Below, piece by piece: positions 12,010-22,549 of a stretch of DNA of 64,000 nt. The notes below the pieces were generated by a model that worked only from the letters and a program-made list of their open reading frames with translations, did not search any database and was not told the origin of the DNA. Origin of the DNA: Macrostomum lignano (Eukaryota); assembly GCA_002269645.1 (NCBI GenBank), contig NIVC01000218.1:444911-508910 (forward strand), in the 5' to 3' direction. Numbering within the stretch: the stretch's first letter is position 1; every line of letters begins with the position of its first letter. The position numbers and the translations under genes were made by a program.

Positions 12010-15000
12010 ATGTCAGAAAAATCTTTCTCTACCACCGAAGTCGATGCCGAGGATGAAACTCCACGCTCTAGTCGGCAACGCCGTTCTGGACTGTCTCGCC
12101 TCGCCGAAAAACGCGGCCTCATCGCTTCGCCAACGGCATCAAATGCCAGTCTTCGCAGCGTCGGTGGGACATCCGGCTGTGGCGGCGACGAAGCGTTGAA
12201 ATCGGCCGGCACCAACCCGGGTGCGGGTTTGCCGCCTCCTGCGCCGAAGGCTGGTGGCAGCAGGTTGCTCAGTCGTCGCAAAGAGCAGCACCCTGCAGTC
12301 GAGGATGAAGGCGGCACCACCGGCGGCGTTGTTCGACTGGGCAGCAGCATGAAGCGCAGCATTAGTTCTCAGGTTTGTGCGTTTGTTAAAATCTTTAAGT
12401 GCAGTTTCAGCTTGTAGCCACCCTGAATATCAGGCATATTAGCCACGCAAACTCCAAGTTTAGAATCGCCTCTAATGATTTTAACGGTTCTACGACAATT
12501 TACTGGCACAATTTCACCGAAAAATATTTTTTATTATTTTGACTGTAATTTTCATTTATATTCGTTGACATTTGTATACATTAACTACCAGCTACTGCTA
12601 GTTCATTACATTTTGTTTTAAGCCCTAAGCCAAAGCAGAAAAAAAGATTCGATGCTCAGAAAGGGCAAAAAATATGCTTTGTTTTCAGCATTGAAACTTT
12701 ACAGTCTATTTGTACTTTTTGCTGTCTGTATACTATACATTATAAATCTAAGGGATTTTCTACCAGGAGTATTGTATAGTCAGTATGCATTTTTAAACTA
12801 TCTGGAAATGTCACTTCATTGTTAAATTTGAGTAATCTGTAAACATGGAGTCGGCAGAGTCCGCAACTTCTGTGGGCCAGAAAGGCTCAGCACTGCAGTG
12901 TTAAATGAAGGTTAAGAGATGTTGGTATTTTAACTGATGCTGATGATTTCACACGCAATCAGGATCTAGCATCGACTAGCGAATCACAAGCCGACATGCT
13001 GATGTCGACCGCAGTCACAAGCGCCGCCGCTGACGACAATAGCCTGGGCTTGGACCGGCTGAACGACTGGGACAACTCGGGTTCGAGTCGCCTGGGCCGG
13101 CTGCAGCAGCGCCGATTTCAATCGTCAACATCGCTGGCCAACGTGCCGACAGACACGCGCGGCTCCATGAGCTCGCTGGCCTCCAATGCGTCGTCAACTA
13201 TGCGTAAAATTCCCGTTAGCGACGTTCGCAACCGGACCTTCCTGCACGGCAGTCTGAGCGCCAACGGCCTGCTGGGTGCTGATCAACTGGATGCATTAAT
13301 TGCCGATAGACGAGTCGATATCATGGCTGTCACCTGGAATATGGCCGGTCTGGACTCGAAAGTGAGTGTCAGATTGAGTTGAAGCAGATCAATTAAAATC
13401 TGCTAATTACTCAGCACAGTAATCAGTATTTTAGTATAGGTGGACTAGCACACTGAGCCCTCCTTGAGGGTGGACTGAATGACCTCTTTACACTGCCTAA
13501 AAAGGAGCCATCAAATCACATCACACTGATACACGAAGTGACCGAAAATATGTACAAGGTGTGCGAAGTAGGTTTGACTCATTTGATTGCTGCAATGTAC
13601 GACGAGCCTTAAAAGTATCACAATTGGCACAGTTAATCTGCAGTATGATTAACTAAGATTGTAAAAAAATCGTCCTTGAATGAAAACAGACAGTAGGCAG
13701 GGACAACTGAAGCGACGTATATAAGTACATCAAGTTAGTAAGGCATTAGAACGCACAAAGATGGGCAATATGATAGATATAGTAAAGCGGATCCTAAGAG
13801 ACTCAAGATAGATACTGAGGAACTCTAAGACACTAAAGAACAGACTTCAATTCTTCCAAAAAAATTGCCACAGTCATATCCTCGGTCGCTGGAGTCGCTG
13901 CTATTCCCGCCTGATCAAGAGCACGTACCAGACGTATACGCTCTCTGCTTTCAAGAGGTGACGCCAGATATGTGAGTACATTGAGATGAATTTCAAAGTC
14001 ATGGTTTGTTCAGTTCACGGCTTTGTGAGTTTCTAAATTTGTAATGTAGCTTACCTTTAAATTTTACTCAACAGTAAGGAGCTTCTGCTACGTTGTCAGG
14101 CAACGATTGGCCCGAATCACGTGCTGTTCGAATTCTGCCGTAACAAAGCGTTATTGTTAGCTATCTTTCTGCGACGCGATTTGATCTGGTTTGTCTCTGG
14201 TGAGTTAGGAACATTCAGCATAGTGAATGTCTACCTATTTTGTATCCTGACTGGGATTTATCCTGTGCCTTTCGAAGCAGCGTAGCTGTTGCAATGCAAT
14301 TTCACGAAATTGTCCGGTTTTCAGTTCCCGACACCAGCTTCCTATCGACCAGAGTTGCCATGGCTACGAAAGGCTGCGCGGCGATATGCTTCACCCTGTT
14401 TGGAACTTCAATGCTGTTTATTAGTTCGCATTTTAAGCGTGAGATTTTGTATTTTTGCCTATTTGTCTATTTGCTCATTGTGCGAATTCGAACTCGGCAC
14501 TTACTAATCTATGCTCACATGTATCTTGTGCACCTTTATTCCACAGATGATGACGCAAATTTTGAGAAGCGAATTCACGACTACCAGAAGATCATAACTC
14601 GGTTAGATTTGCCAAAATTTACTAAGCCCGTTCGTAAAAGTGAGTCGGTTTCTAATCCAGTAACCTGTTAAATCCCTTGTGACGTGTGCATGTACTTAGC
14701 AGTTTTACACCTGTTTTGTCTCGTTCACAATTCATGTGAGCTGCATTATCGATGCAGTTTAGTAGGTCTTTTGTCAACATCAATGATGGAGGAACTAAAT
14801 GGTGCATGTGACTCTGATTTTTAATCTTTGAGCATTCTTGTGCTCTACTAGCAGTAGGAATAAGAGGATGTTGTGTGTTTTAATAGTAGAAAAAGGTAAA
14901 ACCCAACAATTTTAGGCGCGTTCACTTGTCATTCTACAGAGATCCGCCTCCTAAAGTTGTATCTTCTACCGTTATAATAAAGTGCAGATTATTAACCCGT

Positions 15001-16025
15001 ACAGAAAACGCGCTTCAATCCAGGCAATGACGTCACAGAACGCTTCGATTACGTCATCTGGTCGGGCGATTTAAACTTCCGCGTACGCACCGGCTACGGC
15101 GATCGGCAGCGAGTTGATCGCGTCTTGACCGCATCGACGTCCCCGGCCGAGGTGCCGCCCGACGTTGCGGACGCGCTGACGGCCGGCGACGAGCTGAAGA
15201 TGGCCCAGGCTGAGGGGAAAATTTTTCAGAACTTTCTCGAAGGCGACATTCGCTTCCCGCCGACGTATAAGTTCGATATCAACAGCGATGTGTATGACAC
15301 ATCGAATAAACAGCGCGTGCCGAGCTACACTGTAAGTTGGGAGCTGCCGCTGTTCGTGCTGTACAACTGTGTTTAATTCTACTGTAATCTGCTGTAATTT
15401 ACTGTAAATCACGATGGTAAACCAATTATTCAATGAAGTATATATATGAGAAAAATTTCTCTGGATATTTCTGGCCCTGCAGGACCGAGTTCTCTATCGC
15501 TGCAGACGACCCGGGACCGCAACGGTGACCGCCTACAACAGCATCCGAGAGTTGCGCTGCTCAGACCATCGACCCGTATATGCGGTCATCAATGCCACCA
15601 TCAGGCCGGGGGTTGACAGGTTGAAGAACTTACTCAAAATGGCTCTCAGTTCAGAATCACTAGACCCATCCTTCCAACCGAATATATCTAGTATCTGTAG
15701 CTTCATCATTTCAATTAAATATATTCAGATCATCTCAGCTTCATCATTGCAGTATCATCATTCCAGATTCCCTAAGTTTTGGGCTTCAACATTCTAACTA
15801 ACTCACTCCAGAATCTCAGCTTCATCTAATGACAATACATTCGTACTCTCTAGATTACACAACATCATCTGGCTCACAATGCCTTGACCCCGCAGTATAC
15901 CACTGGCTCACGGTCGATTTCGACATGACATCTACGTCGAAGGTACTCGTCGACGAGCTACTCAGCTGGACCTGTCTGGATTGGACGCCAGAGATAAGGC
16001 ATCTCAAGTCTGCAGCGTCATGTGA
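12010..16025 (+). CDS. INPP5E: Inositol polyphosphate 5-phosphatase E (ciliary phosphoinositide 5-phosphatase), 9 exons, ~588 aa
   Basis: Exons 12010-12372, 12963-13361, 13874-13971, 14075-14199, 14325-14438, 14547-14639, 15024-15331, 15483-15619, 15896-16025; all GT-AG and phase-compatible (1767 nt). Motifs AVTWNMAG, CFQEV, FLRRDLIWF, FISSHF, WSGDLNFR, PTYKFD, PSYTDRVLY, SDHRPV; C-terminal IPLAHGRF... ending in CAAX CSVM, as in INPP5E. Confidence 0.93.
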
Positions 16026-17275
16026 CCGCAAAGAAATGACCCTTGACCTGAACTTTTTTTAGTACCCGGTTCAGACCACAAAATTTATTAAGAGCAAGAT
16101 ATTTGTAACACAGGCCATACGCTATTAAGCTACTTTCAGTTAAGTAGTATAATTGACTTTCCTTCCCGACAATTCCTAGCTTATCTGGCCTATCAGTGAA
16201 AACTCCCAACCCACCCCCTTTTTATTACCCCATCCTGAAGCAGCAATGTACATTATCAGTCGTACAGTCTTTGATAGCTGCGCGTCTAGTCTATCCAGCC
16301 AACAATTTTAGTTTATTGCTCTTCCACATAAGTGCCCCGCAAGGGTTTAAGCTTAGCTGAAGAACTTATATTGTGTGCGTGTCGCTTAATGTATACGCTC
16401 GTAGTTGGTACAGTGCTTACTTAGTTCGTAGCTTGACGTTGAATGGTGGCTGAAAAACGAGCGCGCGTAGAAAATATTCCCAAGCTATTCCCCAAATGTA
16501 CATTTAACTCGCGTACAAATATCATCACGTGACTGCTTTCCCAAATTTATCATCTATGCAACCCAAAAGGTCACGTGTTCTTTTTTCTCTCGCTAAGATC
16601 CATTCATTATTCCTAATTTCTTTAGTTGCTACTGAATAGATGGGCAATAGTAGTATGGAGAGCAATTCTAGAAAGTAGTTCTAAAAGTATAGTAGACAGA
16701 GTATTTGTGGTCTCTGCGGGGACACACGCGAAAACTTTACCGACTACTATTATTTGTTACCCAAGAAATGCCTTTTTGTTCTGACAGCAGATTCTGTATA
16801 GGCAAGCCTTAATTATACTTTTTTATTCCAAATTGAGGACAAGTACACTTCTTCCTTTGATTTTTATGATTGCATCACTGCCTTTAAGGATATATTTGTT
16901 TATCTATTAGGTCGTAGCATACTTTGGGTTTTTAAGTCGAAATTTCAATATCGACATTTTTTCTATATGAACACTCGTTTCTTGTTATAGTCAAAGCAGA
17001 GATAGCTGATGTCTGTGGGTGTAATGTACTAAATGTTCAATCCATATTACTCGTAGTATAGTCAAAGGCTGCAATATTATTGATATATGCCTAATGCCTA
17101 ATTTTCTTGTACATATACAATATTACCAAAATTAATTTATAAGGTATGCTATAAATATATACTTTGAGTAGCGATTGCAATAAGCACCGTCCAGTGTTTT
17201 CGTTACAAATAATTAATTTTAGCTTACATCAATAAGTACTCTTGGTGCCTTTGTTCTTTGTATGTTAGATCGAAT

Positions 17276-17376
17276 GGGTTATGGCCTAATAGTTAGATCG
17301 TAAGACTCATGAAATGAAGGTCGGGGGTTCGTTTCCGATCCCACTGAAACGATTTGTGTCTTTGAGCAAGACACAT
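17276..17376 (+). mobile_element. Decayed tRNA-derived SINE fragment
   Basis: A-box-like TGGCCTAATAG, B-box-like GGTTCGTTTCC, then GTGTCTTTGAGCAAGACAC, shared with the SINE at 17651. Confidence 0.55.
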
Positions 17377-17509
17377 CTTGGCTATAAGATACAGACTGAA
17401 AATAAACTGGCTCTGTTTCAAAAACACGATTTTTGGATAAGACAAAACAATATAAATGTGTTTTAATGCAGTGAAATTACTTAATCTTTGCTGAAAAAGC
17501 CTTATTTAC

Positions 17510-17625
17510 TGCTGGCACCCTTTGGTGCTGGCGCCCCTTTGGTGCTGGCGCCCCTTTGGTGCTGGCGCCCCTTTGGTGCTGGCGCCCCTTTGGTGCTGGC
17601 GCCCCTTTGGTGCTGGCGCCCCTTG
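17510..17625. repeat. 17-bp minisatellite (GCTGGCGCCCCTTTGGT)n
   Basis: About 6 near-perfect copies directly upstream of the SINE. Confidence 0.9.
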
Positions 17626-17650
17626 GTAAAAGTCTATTCTATCAGTGAAT

Positions 17651-17957
17651 GGGCTGTTGTAGCCCAGTGACCAGAGCGTCGGACTCACTACTGAAAAGTC
17701 AGGCGTTCGATTCTCGACCCACTGGAACAATTGGTGTCCTTGAGCAAGACACTTAACTCTGCATTGCTTCAGCTCGCCCAGCTGTAAAATGGGTGCCAGC
17801 ATTAGCTGGGGTAATTGAGGCTGTGTGTGGCGACCCTCCAGTCCTTGAACTGAACAGCCGTACGCAGCCTTCAGATGCGCAGCGCGAATAGCTGCGGCTG
17901 AGCTGTCGGTTGCACATCTGGCCATTAGGCCAGGTGTAATAAATTAATTTTATTAAT
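17651..17957 (+). mobile_element. tRNA-derived SINE with CORE/Nin-like central domain
   Basis: Pol III A box TAGCCCAGTGACC, B box GTTCGATTC, central GTGTCCTTGAGCAAGACACTTAAC...CAGCTGTAAAATGGG; its 3' half recurs inverted at 21540-21693. Superfamily assignment is from memory of consensus sequences. Confidence 0.7.
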
Positions 17958-18724
17958 AGATTAACAACCTTAGCAAACAGGTTTGGCGCCTCTGTCTAAA
18001 AAGTCTCTCGGACAAAAGCAGTCTTTTTGTTTCCATATTGACTTGAAATTTCTCACTAATTTCTGTTCTGGGAATTCCGAGAGTTGTCAGCGCTCACCGC
18101 GCAGTTTGTTAGCAGCTACCAATCTGTTCAAAATCTGCCCCGACGTCAGACTTTAATCTGCGACTCTATATGAATAAAATAATAAAATTGCAGCGCTAAA
18201 TTCCAGACGATGTGTGTGTGTGTTCGTGCACTTTTTCCGACAGCAAAATATCGCCGAGAATAAATAAACAATTTTTTCTACCATGCACTGCGCAGTGGCC
18301 TCACAAATTGCTGTTGGAGTCACGAGAATGCAAATTGACTGGTGAAGTTTGTAGTTTAAAGTACTGACTGTTGTAGTTTCTTGTTCCTTGTAGCTATTTC
18401 TAGGTAGCTTTATACCTACGAGTACTCAGTGAGCTACTACTCGTAGCTAACTACCTTATCTACCTTATCTACCTTATCTATTAACCTACTTTATCTACCT
18501 GTCTATACCTAACTACAGTGTACCTGTGATCATCAACCTACAAACCAACAAACCTACATGAAACTTGCTAGCCACCTACCTGTCTGCTTACCTATACCTT
18601 CTTGACCAGGAATATAATATATCCTACATATAGGTATACACGTACCTATCCTATATATACCCATCTAAATGTGTAGACCTACCTAATACCTAATCAGTCT
18701 ACTACCGGTACGTAACCTTCCTAC

Positions 18725-19830
18725 CAGTAGCGCCCACCAAGAGACAGGGGCGCCAACCAAGAGACAGGGCGCCAACCAAGGGACAGGGGCACCAACCAAG
18801 AGACAGGGCGCCAACCAAGAGACAGCTGGGCGCCAACCAAGAGACAGGGGCGCCCACCAAGAGACAGAGGCGCCCACCAAGAGACAGGGGCGCCCACCAA
18901 GAGACAGAGGCGCCCACCAAGAGACAGCTGGGCGCCAACCAAGAGACAGCTGGGCGCCCACCAAGAGACAGAGGCGCCCACCAAGAGACAGGGGCGCCCA
19001 CCAAGAGACAGAGGCGCCCACCAAGAGACAGCTGGGCGCCAACCGAGAGACAGCTGGGCGCCAACCAAGAGACAGCTGGGCGCCAACCAAGAGACAGGGG
19101 CGCCCACCAAGAGACAGAGGCGCCAACCAAGAGACAGGGGCGCCCACCAAGAGACAGAGGCGCCCACCAAGAGACAGCTGGGCGCCAACCAAGAGACAGG
19201 GGCGCCAACCAAGAGACAGGGGCGCCCACCAAGAGACAGAGGCGCCCACCAAGAGACAGGGGCGCCCACCAAGAGACAGAGGCGCCCACCAAGAGACAGC
19301 TGGGCGCCAACCAAGAGACAGGGGCGCCAACCAAGAGACAGGGGCGCCCACCAAGAGACAGAGGCGCCAACCAAGAGACAGCTGGGCGCCAACCAAGAGA
19401 CAGCTGGGCGCCAACCAAGAGACAGGGGCGCCCACCAAGAGACAGCTGGGCGCCAACCAAGAGACAGAGGCGCCCACCAAGAGACAGCTGGGCGCCAACC
19501 AAGAGACAGCTGGGCGCCAACCAAGAGACAGCTGGGCGCCAACCAAGAGACAGCTGGGCGCCCACCAAGAGACAGCTGGGCGCCAACCAAGAGACAGCTG
19601 GGCGCCAACCAAGAGACAGCTGGGCGCCAACTAAGAGACAGCTGGGCGCTCACCAAGGGACAGGGGCGCCAACCGAGGGACAGCTGGGCGCCAACCAAGA
19701 GACAAGGGCGCCAACCAAGAGACAGGGACGCCAACCGAGAGACAGCTGGGCGCCAACCAAGAGACAGGGCGCCAACCAAGGGACAGGGGCGCCAACCGAG
19801 GGACAGCTGGGCGCCAACCAAGAGACAGGG
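18725..19830. repeat. 21-23 bp minisatellite (GGCGCCAACCAAGAGACAGCTG/GGG)n
   Basis: About 50 copies in three variants; source of the spurious minus-strand ORFs 18683-19886. Confidence 0.95.
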
Positions 19831-20398
19831 GTGTCCACCAAGACACTTAATCTTGGCGTTATTCTAGTATCTGTGAATGTACTCACATGTACAGTACTTT
19901 CAAATTGGAAATTTAAAAAGAACGCTTGCTTAAAAAGAACGTGACAGGAATTAAAACAAATAAAGCAAAATTAAATTTGCACCGAAAAATGCCTCCAGAA
20001 ATTTTCCCATGCGAAATTTCTTTATTATAATAAATTGTTGTTCTATTTACAGAGATCTGTTTTAGGCTTAAACTGGGTCTGTGAAATTTTCATTATGTTA
20101 TCTTTTGTTCACTTTTTTAGTCGAGACTAAATTACTCTAGAAGAAATGCGAAAATTTTATATCGTTTTCTCACATCATTTCGGGTATGCTAGAGCGGTAA
20201 AAGTACATTTTTTTATATTTAAGTTCTGTTTTAAACAAACTTCTTCGGAGCTACCAGTTGCGACAGCCCTCAGTATAATTTCTGTTTCGTAAAAATCAAA
20301 TAAATGTCCACCTCTCTAATTTTTAGACGTAATAATTTATAAAATTACTAACTACAGACAGGGCAGTCAGTAATGCGTTAATGGAATAAAAGTAAAAG

Positions 20399-20776
20399 CA
20401 GGCGCGTCGCCACCGGGGATACAGGGGGGACATGTCCTCCCAGTAAATGCTGTGTGGGGACATGCCAATGCTTTGTCCCCCGCACCTTGTGAGTCGTTGT
20501 GTATTTTTTCTTTAGGGCGCCAAAATATAGCGACTTCGGCGCTAAAATGAGTGCCTGCGGCGCTAAAATGAGTGCCTGTGGTGCTAAAATGAGTGCCTGC
20601 GGCGCTAAAATAAAAGCCTGCGGCGCCAAAATGACTTCCTGCGGCGCTAAAATGAGTGCCTGCGGCGCTAAAATGAGTGCCTGCGGCGCCAAAATGAGTG
20701 CCAAAATTTAGTCATGTACATGTTGAATTATTGGCTGTCCCCCCCACCCACCATAAAATCCATGGCGTCGCCCCTG
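20399..20776. mobile_element. hAT-like MITE containing a 21-bp internal minisatellite
   Basis: Ends CAGGCGCGTCGCCA / TGGCGTCGCCCCTG; flanks AGTAAAAG and GTATAAAG are an imperfect 8-bp TSD; internal (GCCTGCGGCGCTAAAATGAGT)n at 20535-20705. Confidence 0.5.
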
Positions 20777-21539
20777 GTATAAAGTCAGTAATGTTGAGAC
20801 TAAGGTGCAAAAACGTTTTGTTTTACTCTAATATATACAGGAGGCAAAAAAATTAAATGCATCAACAAATCGAACGGCTGATATGTATTTTCATTTTCTC
20901 TCGATAATTTACAACTTAATATCGACACACACTTTGGAAATAGATCTTTGTAGGAAAGACCTATACGCAGAATTACGAGTATAACAAAAAATAACAAAAT
21001 CATTAGACTTGGAAACTTCTGTAGCCATTGGAAGTTTCAGAAAATTGTAAGTGCCCCCCTAAGAGGGTCGTCAGAGCTAGTCTATCAGCACTGTAACTTC
21101 AGCCATTGCAGAGTAGATGGCCGTGATCTTCCATTTAGAATTTATTGAAAGTCAGAACGCCAGTTTTTCAAACCGGTTATGGATGATAATTTTCTTCATA
21201 ATATTCTCTATAGAGTTTTCCGGTCTGCATAAAAGCTATGTTTTTTCACCTACTACTTTGGCATCAGTTCACTGCTCCTTCTTGTCCCAATCTTTCTCTC
21301 CTCATGTCCACTCATCGGGTTGCTATGCTTAATAGCTGCGCTATTGTCCCGTCGTTATAATAGTACTGCTCTCCATCTCGTCTTTCCTGTCCTATCCTCA
21401 CCTGCCACCAGACCTACCTCTCTCCTTTCCTACGGTCAAGGAGATCTTTATCGAGAATCTGCCCCTGAACAGTCTCCCTCAAAATTATCCTCAGACACAA
21501 TTTCTGCTGATATTTTATTGGCTGATAATACAGTAACAA

Positions 21540-21693
21540 TAATAATATTAATTTATTACACCTGCCCTAATGGCCAGATGTGCAACCGACAGCTCAGCCC
21601 CAGCTATTTGCGCTGCGCATCTGAAGGCTGCGTACGGCTGTTCAGTCCAAGGACTGGGGGTCGCCACACACAGCCTCAATTACCCCAGCTAAT
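21540..21693 (-). mobile_element. SINE 3' fragment, inverted copy of 17805-17957
   Basis: Reverse complement matches the 17.8-17.96 kb sequence (GGCCAGATGTGCAACCGACAGCTCAGC...CCTCAATTACCCCAGCTAAT). Confidence 0.75.
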
Positions 21694-21709
21694 TCTGGCT
21701 AAACCAAAG

Positions 21710-21900
21710 GGCTTTAGCACCAAGGGGCTTTAGCACCAAGGGGCTTTAGCACCAAGGGGCTTTAGCACCAAGGGGCTTTAGCACCAAGGGGCTTTAGCAC
21801 CAAGGGGCTTTAGCACCAAGGGGCTTTAGCACCAAGGGGCTTTAGCACCAAGGGGCTTTAGCACCAAGGGGCTTTAGCACCAAGGGGCTTTAGCACCAAG
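21710..21900. repeat. 16-bp minisatellite (TTTAGCACCAAGGGGC)n
   Basis: About 12 perfect copies, plus 2 remnant copies at 22129-22160. Confidence 0.9.
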
Positions 21901-22549
21901 GTGTGGGGCAGTGTACATCTGCCTCCCTCTCTCTCTCCCTCGCTCACTTGGTCCAGCGCTATCACTGCCCCGTACAAGTACGTACAGCCAACCACTCACT
22001 TCAATAATTGATTTAGCTCGTATTACGCAATTAGTCATAGCCAAATATAAGCCGGCCCTGCTAAGTGCAAGCGGCCCTTGAGTTATTCTTCATGCCTGCC
22101 TAGCACCATATCGCGGCATTAACTTTTCTACACAAGGGGCTTTAGCACCAAGGGGCTTTAGAATGAGACAAAGTTTTTACTAAAACATGCTGCAGAAAGT
22201 GACCAGAGAGGACTTGGTTTGTAAGCATTCCAGATTTAGGCTTTAATTAGTACTCCTTGAAGTTGCAGAGAGCCCGTCTGGCTCGGCTCGCTATTGGCTG
22301 CAGAGCCAAATGTGAATTATCCAAAAATAGAGTTGCGCATGGCGTGCAGGCGCTCCTGCACTCCCCCCAAAGAAAATGAGGGAGAGAGAAACGAGAGGTG
22401 CAGGGAGCGGAATAGAGTATATCATAGGCCGCTGAATTTCTTCAGCAGCTAAAGCACAACACATTGCTTTAACAAGGATTCCAAGTTTGGAGAGCAGAAC
22501 AGAATCGCTACAGTTGCCTTACAGAGACTCTGCCAACGCATCTGATTAA

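Noticed and set aside
13430-13850. Possible retroelement remnant in INPP5E intron 2
   Set aside because: Composition differs from the flanks, but no RT or endonuclease motif could be read in any frame I checked.
15620-15797. INPP5E ending by read-through (ORF 15525-15797)
   Set aside because: A phase-2 splice to 15896 restores the conserved IPLA.G.F segment and the CAAX box, so read-through is intron.
17651-17725. Genuine tRNA gene
   Set aside because: A and B boxes are present, but the sequence runs into SINE core sequence, has related decayed copies nearby, and I could not fold a convincing cloverleaf.
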